From a virus (taxonomy: Duplodnaviria; Caudoviricetes), in the IMG/VR virus record IMGVR_UViG_3300028591_000128, positions 1 through 64,000 of that record: a stretch of DNA of 64,000 nucleotides; one strand, 5' to 3'. The translations under genes were made by a program, and so were the position numbers. Under the pieces are notes generated by a model, which saw only the letters and a list, made by a program, of their open reading frames with translations, ran no database searches and was not told where the DNA came from. Shown here piece by piece: positions 38,195 to 47,326 of the stretch; position 1 is the first letter of the stretch; each line of letters opens with the position of its first letter.

Positions 38195-38632
38195 TTACTG
38201 TGTTTTCTTAGACTTCGGAACTACACGAATAGACTTAGAAGCCTTTACAGGTTTTGTAGCCACAGACTTACGTGATGCGGAAACAGGACGACGAGCCGGC
38301 ATAGGACGACGAGATGCGGAAACAGGACGAGCCATAGGTCTGCGAGCACCCATAGGTCTGCGAGATGCAGAAACAGCTTTCTTACCACGGAATGCTCTAC
38401 GAGAAGATTCCAGGATTTCTTCATCACCTTCAGCGGATACAGTGTACTCTTCTACAGTCTCACCTTCGCCTACTACGAATGTTACATCGTCACCTTCAGC
38501 AGTAACTTCTACAGTTTCACCAGTAACCTCTGCTACAAGTTCTGCTACATCCTGGGCTTCAAACAGCAGTTCAGATGCCTCCGGTGCTACTTCAATCTCT
38601 TCATCAGCCATAATTCTACGATTCTTAAGCAT
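38195..38632 (-). CDS. Putative head core protein, acidic N-half and basic PVSASRR repeats
   Basis: Repeated VSASRR/PMxARR units; structural operon. Confidence 0.6.
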   Translation of the reverse strand: MLKNRRIMADEEIEVAPEASELLFEAQDVAELVAEVTGETVEVTAEGDDVTFVVGEGETVEEYTVSAEGDEEILESSRRAFRGKKAVSASRRPMGARRPMARPVSASRRPMPARRPVSASRKSVATKPVKASKSIRVVPKSKKTQ

Positions 38633-38656
38633 AGGTTGTATCTCCTTTTCATAAAA

Positions 38657-39367
38657 TTAATTTAATACTACGAATTTGTTTTTTCTTGCTTCCAACTCTT
38701 CATGTATCGATTCAAGTTCAGCATTTGCTTCTGCAAGTAATGCTTCACCATCAAGTGATACATTTGAACCATCTACTTTATATTTTGACCTTGAACGACC
38801 AATTGCCTTTTTCATATTGGCTTCGCTCATACGGATAAGATAATTTATCCAAGTCTCATTCTTTATTTCGGATACATCCTGATAATCAGGTACATATCGA
38901 ATAGTTACTACAGATGGACGTGGATCTCTGTGAGCACAATATACTACTTGGTTGTCCGGATCATACTTCCATTGGAAATCCGTACTAAGTGTATTTCTTA
39001 CTTGTGCCATAGCCATTTCTGTCATGATTGGGTCAATGTTGATAGTGCTTGTATTTCCGACTTGACTGTAAGTGTTTACAGCCGCTGCCACTTGGAATAC
39101 ATTCCCACTATCAATAGTACTCATTGTTAACCCAATCCTTGGAACTGCAGCTTGTACATACAGTACATTAGTTGTATGTATTCCTACAGAAAGTAAATCT
39201 ATTCGTGTGCTAAACGGCACTGTCTTTTCCACAGGCGTTTTCATGTATCGCTTCAGTTCCCTGAATGCAATCATTACAGCTTTTTCTACTTGCAGTTCCT
39301 CGACATTATCATTAGTAGGGAAGCCGAGCATAAAACTTACCTGGTCGACTATCTCTTCCATTCTCAT
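38657..39367 (-). CDS. Neck/head-completion protein (T4 gp13-like)
   Basis: C-terminal GRSRSKY....SLDGEALLAEA..EL..I.EEL. Confidence 0.65.
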   Translation of the reverse strand: MRMEEIVDQVSFMLGFPTNDNVEELQVEKAVMIAFRELKRYMKTPVEKTVPFSTRIDLLSVGIHTTNVLYVQAAVPRIGLTMSTIDSGNVFQVAAAVNTYSQVGNTSTINIDPIMTEMAMAQVRNTLSTDFQWKYDPDNQVVYCAHRDPRPSVVTIRYVPDYQDVSEIKNETWINYLIRMSEANMKKAIGRSRSKYKVDGSNVSLDGEALLAEANAELESIHEELEARKNKFVVLN

Positions 39368-39401
39368 AATGCCCGACCTCCTATACTAATAATTTCTGAG
39401 A

Positions 39402-39899
39402 TTACTCAGTATCTGTGTCAGTATCTGTATCGGTGTCAGTGTCAGCTTCCGGTTCCGGACCAAACTTCTCGTCACCAACCTCGATGTAGAATCCCTGCTT
39501 CCACATGTTGCGAGCCATCTGAGTCCAATAGATCTGCTCTTCATAACCCTCAATCTCAAATGTGATACCAGTATTCTCTGCACCTGTCTTAGATGCTTTG
39601 TAAGCTGCAAGCTTGGCAATCTCAAACTGAGCAAACTTGCCAGTGAAAGAAGCCTGCGGAAGAAGTCCAGCTACAGAACCCCATCCTTCAACATTAGTAG
39701 CATAGATGGACTTGCCATAAGACTTTCCATCACCTACAGAACCTTCATTCTTGTAACCCTCTGTAAATACAGGAGTATCTACATAAGAGTTATTCGGAAG
39801 GAAGTAACGTGCAATCTCAGCACCATTGCGGATCTCGTCTACAATTGGACCAGTGTAAATAATCTTAACTGTTACTGCTGCCATGATATCTCCTTTCAT
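39402..39899 (-). CDS. Structural protein with (DT)n tail
   Basis: Late-operon position; C-terminus EADTDTDTDTDTDTE. Confidence 0.6.
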   Translation of the reverse strand: MKGDIMAAVTVKIIYTGPIVDEIRNGAEIARYFLPNNSYVDTPVFTEGYKNEGSVGDGKSYGKSIYATNVEGWGSVAGLLPQASFTGKFAQFEIAKLAAYKASKTGAENTGITFEIEGYEEQIYWTQMARNMWKQGFYIEVGDEKFGPEPEADTDTDTDTDTDTE

Positions 39900-39965
39900 T
39901 CACACAAAGTGAATTTCTATGTAATGTAATTGTATAAGCTCTCACCCTCGTCCAATTACCTACAA

Positions 39966-40634
39966 TTATATATAAGGTTGAACCATATTTGGCAATTTTA
40001 TAGATAATTTATCCGCTATAGATTGATCAAAAAACTTTGCTCTTGATGGAAGTTTTCTTGGTGCTTTCTCAGAAGAAGTGGACCAACCAAGAAGATAATC
40101 AACATGATCTACCAAATTAGGCTTTGCATTTATATAAGGTGCATCAGGTACACACTTTTTCAAGTATGTTCTAAATACCATATCATCCCCACGATTTGTC
40201 CTTTTCCATTTATCATACACACCAGACTTTGAATGATAAAAATTAAATGCACACCCACTTGCAAGTTGGTCTGGAATCCTTATACATGGAAATGATAACC
40301 ACATTTGATTTCTTTCCGTTGCAGGATTGTTGAAATTCTCTTTCTTACCATCATCGTATCGTGTACAGATTCCACAGACAATGCCATTGAACCAATCGTA
40401 AGATTCTGCAAGTTCTTTAAAATTATCTGCAATTACAACATCATCTTGTAAATGCCATGTATGTCCAGATCCTTCACACATACTAAATGCTTTCATACAT
40501 GCATATACACATCCCAAATGGTTAGAATCAAGAAAAATATCAATATTATCAACTCCCTGTGCCTTTAAAGATGGTACTAGAAATTGATGAACGTACCAAA
40601 GTCTTTGGTTACATGCATGAATTAATACTTTCAT
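39966..40634 (-). CDS. Glycosyltransferase-like protein (GT-A fold)
   Basis: WHLQDDVVI (DxD-like), GDD and PNLVDH motifs. Confidence 0.6.
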   Translation of the reverse strand: MKVLIHACNQRLWYVHQFLVPSLKAQGVDNIDIFLDSNHLGCVYACMKAFSMCEGSGHTWHLQDDVVIADNFKELAESYDWFNGIVCGICTRYDDGKKENFNNPATERNQMWLSFPCIRIPDQLASGCAFNFYHSKSGVYDKWKRTNRGDDMVFRTYLKKCVPDAPYINAKPNLVDHVDYLLGWSTSSEKAPRKLPSRAKFFDQSIADKLSIKLPNMVQPYI

Positions 40635-41038
40635 ATGATAATCTTCTTTTCTGCCGGTGTATCTTTCAAAATAGATATTTTTGCTTTCATCCCATCAAGC
40701 ATTTTTAATGCGTCATCAGCCTGTTGCACAAGGATATCCATATCTGAAAGTATACCTATTTTCGGAACATCCGGGTATATAGCATCCAAGTATCGAATTA
40801 CACTACTGACACCTTCAGCATAACCATCCTTATCTGGAAACATAATGACAATCGTATCACCTTCTGATAATTCAAATGTATCCAATATAGCACATTCATC
40901 ATCGGATAATTTCTCAAGTTTGTCTTTCACTTCCCAAGTCGAAACACATTCGTTAAGAAGTTTACTAATAACTTCCTCTGAATATAATCTACTCAAATGT
41001 AACACCCCCAAATCGTTATAATAATAGTATTCTACCAT
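40631..41038 (-). CDS. Hypothetical protein
   Basis: ORF track. Confidence 0.55.
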   Translation of the reverse strand: MVEYYYYNDLGVLHLSRLYSEEVISKLLNECVSTWEVKDKLEKLSDDECAILDTFELSEGDTIVIMFPDKDGYAEGVSSVIRYLDAIYPDVPKIGILSDMDILVQQADDALKMLDGMKAKISILKDTPAEKKIII

Positions 41039-41160
41039 TCGGATGGAAAATTTTCAACAATTTACAGAATTTTTCAAAATAGTTGTTGACATATATACTT
41101 ATATGATATATACTTATAAATGTAAAGAACAAATCAAGTATCCAAAAGGATGGTTCTAAT

Positions 41161-41319
41161 ATGTTTACACTTACAGTTGTTTGGTTTGATGGTGACAAGG
41201 CTGAATACAGATACGAAAATGAGCAGGATGCTCGTAACGGTGAAAGAAATATGATTACTGCTTTTGGTAGTCAGATTGCTTGGACAGGAATTCGAAAAGA
41301 AGTTTCTGTAGCATTCTAA
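41161..41319 (+). CDS. Hypothetical 52-aa protein (not in ORF track)
   Basis: Follows TTGACA-17-TATACT promoter at ~41086 and AAAGGA RBS. Confidence 0.55.
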   Translation: MFTLTVVWFDGDKAEYRYENEQDARNGERNMITAFGSQIAWTGIRKEVSVAF

Positions 41320-41380
41320 CCAATAATAAGATTCTTTAAAATTTATATGTCTTAGCGAAAAATGAGAGGGGATAACTGAA

Positions 41381-41551
41381 ATGAAAAGTGAAGCACAAAT
41401 TAAGGAAAAACTTGCTGAACTATATGACATAGCTAAAGAAGATGATCCAACTTTGCAAAAGTATGTTGAGCCACCACTTATTAAAATCAAGCGTGATTCA
41501 CTCAGACTAGCAATTTATGAATTGTTATGGTGTTTAGATATACTAGGATAA
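41381..41551 (+). CDS. Hypothetical 56-aa protein (not in ORF track)
   Basis: GAGAGGGG RBS; MKSEAQIKEK...LDILG. Confidence 0.5.
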   Translation: MKSEAQIKEKLAELYDIAKEDDPTLQKYVEPPLIKIKRDSLRLAIYELLWCLDILG

Positions 41552-41579
41552 AAGAAGGGAGTCATGGAGGTAAAGAATA

Positions 41580-41738
41580 ATGGGGAAAAAGCGTGGAATG
41601 GGTTTGATTGAAGTTCTTACTACCATATTTATCGTCCTTAAACTGTGTGGATTAATTGATTGGTCATGGTGGTGGGTACTATCTCCAATATGGATTTCAT
41701 TTATATTGCTTGTTATTTGGTATACGTTGTTTGATTAA
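41580..41738 (+). CDS. Small phage membrane protein (not in ORF track)
   Basis: IFIVLKLCGLIDWSWWWVLSPIW motif, widespread in phages; GGAGG RBS. Confidence 0.7.
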   Translation: MGKKRGMGLIEVLTTIFIVLKLCGLIDWSWWWVLSPIWISFILLVIWYTLFD

Positions 41739-41765
41739 TAATAAAATAATAAGGAGGATTATAAT

Positions 41766-42029
41766 TTGGCAACATCAGAAGCATTAAAGAAAGCTATTAG
41801 AAAATATGACAAGGAGCATACGAAGCAGATCCTACTAAAACTGAATAAAGGGACAGATGCAGATATACTACAAAAACTAGATAAAGTTGATAATAAACAG
41901 GGATATATAAAGGGTCTGATCCGGGATGATATAAAATCTGAAACTAAAAACAGCAATCTACATGCACATTCAGAAAATGAGGTGGTAAATGATGCGGATA
42001 AACAAGACGACATTCGAAAAACACTATGA
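41766..42029 (+). CDS. Small putative DNA-binding (RHH-like) protein
   Basis: KYDK..TKQI.LKLN..TDADIL..L....NKQGYIK.LIR. Confidence 0.6.
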   Translation: MATSEALKKAIRKYDKEHTKQILLKLNKGTDADILQKLDKVDNKQGYIKGLIRDDIKSETKNSNLHAHSENEVVNDADKQDDIRKTL

Positions 42030-42279
42030 CTACATTACAGGAATTGCACCTAAACTTATAGAAGCTGAACGCACTGTAGATGAGATCAAGCATTCAAAAG
42101 AATGGAAAGAAGCCTACGGATATTTCCAGACACTATATAACCGTGGGCATTTAAAAGAGCGTCCTACTCAGAAAAATGGATATAAGATAATCGCCGGACG
42201 TAATATGGTAAGCATATCTGATATAGAAGACATACTTACTGAAGAGCAGTTGCAGATTATCCGTGAAAGAATTTTGTAA
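41989..42279 (+). CDS. Hypothetical protein
   Basis: ORF track; GAGGTG RBS. Confidence 0.6.
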   Translation: MMRINKTTFEKHYDYITGIAPKLIEAERTVDEIKHSKEWKEAYGYFQTLYNRGHLKERPTQKNGYKIIAGRNMVSISDIEDILTEEQLQIIRERIL

Positions 42280-42368
42280 AAATATTTTCATTTTTGGTAT
42301 TGACTTTTTATCTATATTAGTATATACTTATACTTGTAAGGAACAAATATCAAGTATCCAAAAGGAGG
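42278..42368 (+). promoter_or_regulatory. sigmaA-type early promoter/RBS cassette
   Basis: TTGACT-17-TATACT; near-identical to 34844..34933. Confidence 0.7.
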
Positions 42369-42376
42369 GTTCAAAC

Positions 42377-43063
42377 ATGTGTACAGAGAATATGGATAAG
42401 ATGATTGAAAAGATTAGCAACCTGCTTGACTTGGCAAATAATAATCCTAATGAACATGAAGCATTAGCCGCTGCTCTGAAAGCACAAGAGTTGATGGCTA
42501 AGTATCATATCGAACTCACAGACCTTGACCATGATGCCGGAGTAGAAATCATAGAGGAATCATGCATGGTAGATGGATCTGGACCGTCGAAGTGGAAAGC
42601 AAAACTGGCAAACATTGTCGCAGAAAACTTCTGCTGTAAGGTATACCACAGGGAAGAACGTGGCATCTTCACTAAAATAACAAAAAATTATGTAGTATTC
42701 TATGGATATGAGCATGACGCTAGGATTGCAAAGGAAGTATTTACGTTCCTGTTCAATACCGGTATCAAACTTGCAAGACATGAATACTATGTAGCAAAGA
42801 GATCCGGAAAGTACACAAAATATGTGATGAACACCTATCTCATTGGGTTCTGTGAAGGAATCAGAGAAGTTCTTGCAAAACAGTGTACAGCACTTATGGT
42901 TGTAACACCGAAAGAAGTAATTGATTCCTATAACGAAATGTCACAGGGATTTAAGACAAAAAGATCAAAAGTAACCATTGGTGGTGATTCTGGAATCTAT
43001 GAACGAGGGATCCGGGATGGTAAGGATGTAGCAAATGCAAGATCCATAGAGCAGGCAAGTTGA
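42377..43063 (+). CDS. DUF2786-domain protein
   Basis: Start reassigned to MCTEN; IEKI..LL.LA...PNEHEA..A..KAQELMAKY. Confidence 0.75.
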   Translation: MCTENMDKMIEKISNLLDLANNNPNEHEALAAALKAQELMAKYHIELTDLDHDAGVEIIEESCMVDGSGPSKWKAKLANIVAENFCCKVYHREERGIFTKITKNYVVFYGYEHDARIAKEVFTFLFNTGIKLARHEYYVAKRSGKYTKYVMNTYLIGFCEGIREVLAKQCTALMVVTPKEVIDSYNEMSQGFKTKRSKVTIGGDSGIYERGIRDGKDVANARSIEQAS

Positions 43064-43079
43064 AAGGGGTGCAAATATT

Positions 43080-43673
43080 ATGACGAAGAAAGAACTGTGT
43101 AAGATTTTTACAGATAAGGTAACAGAATATATCGAAAATGAATATGTAATCACTCCGAATAGTTTTTCAGGATCTGATGGAACAAGTCGTGTTGATCTTG
43201 TTAAAGATGATAGTTTTATCAGAATTTATATGGATGAAGAGCCTGATTTTGATTCTAATGTAGATAAAATTTACATTAGAGTTGCAGAACGAAAACTGAT
43301 CGGAAAAGAAAAGAAAAATATCTACAATATGGATATTGTCTGGACAAAGGAACTTACAACAATTTATGAACTTAGTTTCATCACCATCGGTAAGTACAGA
43401 CACCCATACTATGTTACAGAAGAAGAATATGCGGAACTTAAAGATAAGATTGCGGAAAGAACTAAACGCAGATATGAGAAATATGCATCCGCAGTACGGA
43501 ATATCTATACATTCCCTGATAGTGCAAAAGCAAAAGTACTTTCATTCATTCAGAGTAAACCGAAATGCAAATCTGTAAAACTGAAAGATATTGAAAAAGT
43601 TGAAAAGCATGTATATGATGACTTCGTAACCTACAAAGTTTACTGTAGGGGTAAAACTTATGCACTTAACTGA
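43080..43673 (+). CDS. Hypothetical phage protein
   Basis: 197-aa ORF with AAAGGGG RBS. Confidence 0.65.
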   Translation: MTKKELCKIFTDKVTEYIENEYVITPNSFSGSDGTSRVDLVKDDSFIRIYMDEEPDFDSNVDKIYIRVAERKLIGKEKKNIYNMDIVWTKELTTIYELSFITIGKYRHPYYVTEEEYAELKDKIAERTKRRYEKYASAVRNIYTFPDSAKAKVLSFIQSKPKCKSVKLKDIEKVEKHVYDDFVTYKVYCRGKTYALN

Positions 43674-43716
43674 TGTAACTTGAATTTACTGTATAAAAAT
43701 AGCAAAATTTATACAC

Positions 43717-43756
43717 AAAAATAACCACTCAAATGATATATGAGTGGTTATTTTTT
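43717..43756. terminator. Bidirectional terminator between the convergent island and the capsid operon
   Basis: AAAAATAACCACTCA...TGAGTGGTTATTTTT. Confidence 0.8.
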
Positions 43757-43811
43757 ATTTGTATATTTAGACGAGGGTGAGAGTTTTTCGTCTTATATTG
43801 TTTGGTGATTC

Positions 43812-45341
43812 TTAGAATACACCAAGGATCTTACCAGAAACTACGGTCTCAGGTACAGTTACCTTCATAGCATACATCGTTGCAGTTCCCTGCTGTACGG
43901 AAGCATTTGCCAGACCAATTGCATCTGTAGAAACAATCGGCATGTACTCACCATACAGAGCAGAGTTACGACGAATGTCATTGCTCTTGCAGCACATTAC
44001 CCAAGTATCCGGATTGTAGTTCGGATCGCAATATACTTCAAACTGATCCAGAGTACCGGACTTGAACGGACCAACATTATCTGTAGTAGCATCTGCCTTA
44101 AAGCCATTAATCATGCTGATGTAGGAATTTACATTCGTACCAACAATCAGACGGTTCGGCTGGCTAAGACGTGTTGCCTGATATACAGATGCAGCTGCCT
44201 GTGTCAGCTTCAGTTTGAACATATTGAGATAATCAGAAGGATATGCTGCACCAGTCAGTACTGGAGATGCATCCCAGTTGAACTGAGGCTTGTAAGATGC
44301 TACTCTTGCAAGCTCTGCAAAACCTGCCGTATTGATTTCAGCAGTCAGTTCACCAATAGCAGCTTCCTTTGCTACATCAGCAATATTGGAACCATACTCT
44401 TGCTGAGCTGCGAATGCCGCATAAATTGACCAGTAGCAAGCAATCTCATGTGCTTCTGCTACAAGATTGAACTCATCCAGCTCAAGGTAACCCTTAGCCA
44501 TCTGAGCACCATACTCATAACCATAACCACCATTACCAGGTGTTCTCGGACCTACGTTCTCGTTATCATACTGATAGGTAACCTTTACATCATTACCTGC
44601 GGCAGGTGTAAACTGACCAGAAGTGATGCTTACAAGACCTGTAGAGTAATCAATATATCCGATAGCAGTCTTTGTTCCTGCATCAACAATGTTACCATTA
44701 CCATCATCAACATAATCAGTAACATTACCAGCTGCGTTGTACTTCAGAGTTACAGTGTTCGGAAGAACAGGTGTATAAGCTACTGCAAGGTTATCTGTAA
44801 TTTCAGTACCATCTGCCATCAGCTCATTCTTAACAACACGGCCTGTGAAGTTAGGATCGATACCCTGACGGTTTACAAACGGACTAGACAGAACATCACC
44901 AGCCTTTGTCTCACCCTTTGTATTCTCAGCAATAAACTTGAAGTAAGGAACAAGTTGCTGACGAGACCGCATTGCTACAGAACCATAAACATCAAGAATA
45001 AGAAGCTTCTGAACGAACATCGGAAGCAGTTCCAGGAAGTCCGGACGAGCCATGATGTTTGTTGTGTTAGTTGCTGCTGTTACGGCAGAAGCACCTCTAC
45101 GCATATTGGTCTGAAGCTGACGAGCGAACTGTCTCTGTTCAGGTGTAAGACCTGCAAGTTTTGCATTGGATACAGATGCCTTACGGTTCTGTACGGCTGC
45201 TGTGATATTTGTCTTTGCAGTAATCGGACGACGCATAGCCGGACGAGTTCCAAAAGTAGGACGAGCCTGTGCTACTCCACGAGATGCAACAATCTTACGA
45301 GTTGCAGGAGTAGCCTTATGAATAGTCTTCTTAATAGCCAT
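43812..45341 (-). CDS. Major capsid protein (T4 gp23-like, HK97 fold) with basic N-terminal propeptide
   Basis: Follows prohead protease; AAFAAQQEYG...ELTAEIN, G.F.SGTL..FEVY.DP and YGEYMP motifs. Confidence 0.8.
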   Translation of the reverse strand: MAIKKTIHKATPATRKIVASRGVAQARPTFGTRPAMRRPITAKTNITAAVQNRKASVSNAKLAGLTPEQRQFARQLQTNMRRGASAVTAATNTTNIMARPDFLELLPMFVQKLLILDVYGSVAMRSRQQLVPYFKFIAENTKGETKAGDVLSSPFVNRQGIDPNFTGRVVKNELMADGTEITDNLAVAYTPVLPNTVTLKYNAAGNVTDYVDDGNGNIVDAGTKTAIGYIDYSTGLVSITSGQFTPAAGNDVKVTYQYDNENVGPRTPGNGGYGYEYGAQMAKGYLELDEFNLVAEAHEIACYWSIYAAFAAQQEYGSNIADVAKEAAIGELTAEINTAGFAELARVASYKPQFNWDASPVLTGAAYPSDYLNMFKLKLTQAAASVYQATRLSQPNRLIVGTNVNSYISMINGFKADATTDNVGPFKSGTLDQFEVYCDPNYNPDTWVMCCKSNDIRRNSALYGEYMPIVSTDAIGLANASVQQGTATMYAMKVTVPETVVSGKILGVF

Positions 45342-45389
45342 AATACTATTATCTCCTTTAACTTAATATTTTATAATTTTTCTCGATTC

Positions 45390-46913
45390 TTACAATGTAA
45401 CAAGGTCATCATCATCATTATCAGAAAAATCTCCAACATCAATGAAATCATCATCTTGACTTACGGATTGTTGGGAACCTACATTAGTTGAACCAATAAT
45501 AGATTGTAATTCTCTGACAGATGTAGCCGAAGTCACACGCACATCTTCGAGGTGGACGCCAATTGCGTTTGCGTATAAATTAGCATACGCATCCTGATAT
45601 TCTTGTATCAGTTTAGTTGCCGCCGACACCTCTTGTTGAAGTTTCTTAATCTTTGCATCCAGGTTAGATGTCCTACTCTCCGACTCTGTAGCTGCTGTGA
45701 CGGTTTCACGTAACTCAGAACGAAGATCAGAAATGACAGAATCTTTTTCATCAATGTCATTAGCGGTGGCTTCAATCCTCTGCTTATATATAAGGTTGGA
45801 CGTTGAAAGTGATTTATTTTCTTTAGAAAGTTGTTCATTTGCAGTAACTAAATTACTCATTTTCTTGTCCAACTTAATTTTTTCATCTTTCAATTTCGTG
45901 TTAGTTGACTGCATTATCTTGCATCTTTTCTTGGATTCATCAAGATCAGATTTAATAGATTTCATTTGAGACGCAGTAATTCTTTCAAGTGTTTTAATCT
46001 TTCTACTTGCAGAAGACTCCATAATAGCAATATGATTGTTCAGCATAGAAACTTCATCATTAAGTGATGCATTTATTTTTCTAAGTTCAGAAATCTCCTT
46101 ATGACTAGATTCACTAAGTTTATTAAATCTATCCCGTGAATCAGCCAGTTCATTACGTGTAGAAAGATATAATTGTGTGATCCCTTCAATTCTCTGCTCT
46201 TGAATATCAATATCTTCAGATTCATCAGATGTATCTTCAGATGATTGTACCTTACAATTTTCAAGTTCTTTCTTCTTAGCATCAATCATCTTGTATTCAT
46301 CAGACTGCTCTGCAAATTGAGCTTGAATGACATCAAGTGCTTCCGAAGAAGTGATAGATTGCAGATTTGTACGAACTGCCGCACATACTGCTTTGTATTT
46401 AGCTTGCTTATCCGCGTCAGTGGAAGCTGCAATAGCAGTAAATTCTGGTACAGATTCCGGATATGCTGGAAATGCCACAATGTCAAATCCACGGAATACA
46501 AATGTATCAGGATCTACAGAGTTATTGTAAATATCACCTGCACCTCTTACAGAGATACCAAATTTCACTCCGGCATCAATGAATTTCTTTACAACTTGTC
46601 CTACAGGTGTGTCAACAAGATTGAATTTCCCATAGATTTTACCATTGTCATCAATATGCCCTTCTGTCATTACGATACAAGCATTACGGAAGTCCATACA
46701 ATTAGGATCTTCAGGATGTCCACAGAACCCAATAAACCAACCATTTTCAATTCCTTCTGCATATTCTTCTGAAGCAAATACATTTTCCCAAACTTCACGA
46801 GTAATATCGAGACCATTCTTATTCGTGATATTAGAATCTGCACATTCACCTTCAAATGTACCTATAATTACCGGATTATTCAGATCAGCCGCTTTTACCG
46901 AACTTTTCTTCAT
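45390..46913 (-). CDS. Prohead core protease (T4 gp21-like) fused to coiled-coil scaffold
   Basis: NKNG...W, GFCGHPE, DTPVG, GISVRGAG and FDIVAFPA motifs; long C-terminal coiled coil. Confidence 0.85.
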   Translation of the reverse strand: MKKSSVKAADLNNPVIIGTFEGECADSNITNKNGLDITREVWENVFASEEYAEGIENGWFIGFCGHPEDPNCMDFRNACIVMTEGHIDDNGKIYGKFNLVDTPVGQVVKKFIDAGVKFGISVRGAGDIYNNSVDPDTFVFRGFDIVAFPAYPESVPEFTAIAASTDADKQAKYKAVCAAVRTNLQSITSSEALDVIQAQFAEQSDEYKMIDAKKKELENCKVQSSEDTSDESEDIDIQEQRIEGITQLYLSTRNELADSRDRFNKLSESSHKEISELRKINASLNDEVSMLNNHIAIMESSASRKIKTLERITASQMKSIKSDLDESKKRCKIMQSTNTKLKDEKIKLDKKMSNLVTANEQLSKENKSLSTSNLIYKQRIEATANDIDEKDSVISDLRSELRETVTAATESESRTSNLDAKIKKLQQEVSAATKLIQEYQDAYANLYANAIGVHLEDVRVTSATSVRELQSIIGSTNVGSQQSVSQDDDFIDVGDFSDNDDDDLVTL

Positions 46914-46941
46914 TATTATCTCCTTTCGAACACACTATGTT

Positions 46942-47313
46942 CTAAAGCATTTTCTTAGCAACACCTGCTGAAAGTCTAACAAGACCACCAACAAGTAATG
47001 TCTTAGCAAGTTCCTTTATAATTCCAGATTCAACAGGTTCGTCACCCTCACCTGGAACTACAACATCAATAGATTCATCAAGGTTTTCATAGGCTTCAAG
47101 ATTCGTATCCTCAACCTTTTCAACAACTTGATCGTCTACGGATACATCTGTTGAATTATCGGTATCTATTATATATAAGGATGAACCAATATTCAACTGA
47201 ATTTGACCATCTATTGTTTCTGAAATCCCTACATCAAGGTCTTGAAGTTCTTCTATTTTTGAAAGAAGATCAATAAGTGATGCTGGTGTAAATACTATGC
47301 TTTCCATATTCAT
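46942..47313 (-). CDS. Hypothetical head-region protein
   Basis: ORF track; acidic; VESG motif. Confidence 0.6.
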   Translation of the reverse strand: MNMESIVFTPASLIDLLSKIEELQDLDVGISETIDGQIQLNIGSSLYIIDTDNSTDVSVDDQVVEKVEDTNLEAYENLDESIDVVVPGEGDEPVESGIIKELAKTLLVGGLVRLSAGVAKKML

Positions 47314-47326
47314 TACTCCCTTCTAT

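Larger units (their letters stand above)
39939..43783. repeat. 14-bp perfect inverted repeat pair bounding a 3.8-kb island
   Basis: CTCTCACCCTCGTC at 39939-39952 and GACGAGGGTGAGAG at 43770-43783. Confidence 0.75.

Noticed and set aside
44448-45491. 347-aa plus-strand ORF and the many other antisense ORFs in the track
   Set aside because: Shadows of minus-strand genes, with no RBS and atypical composition.
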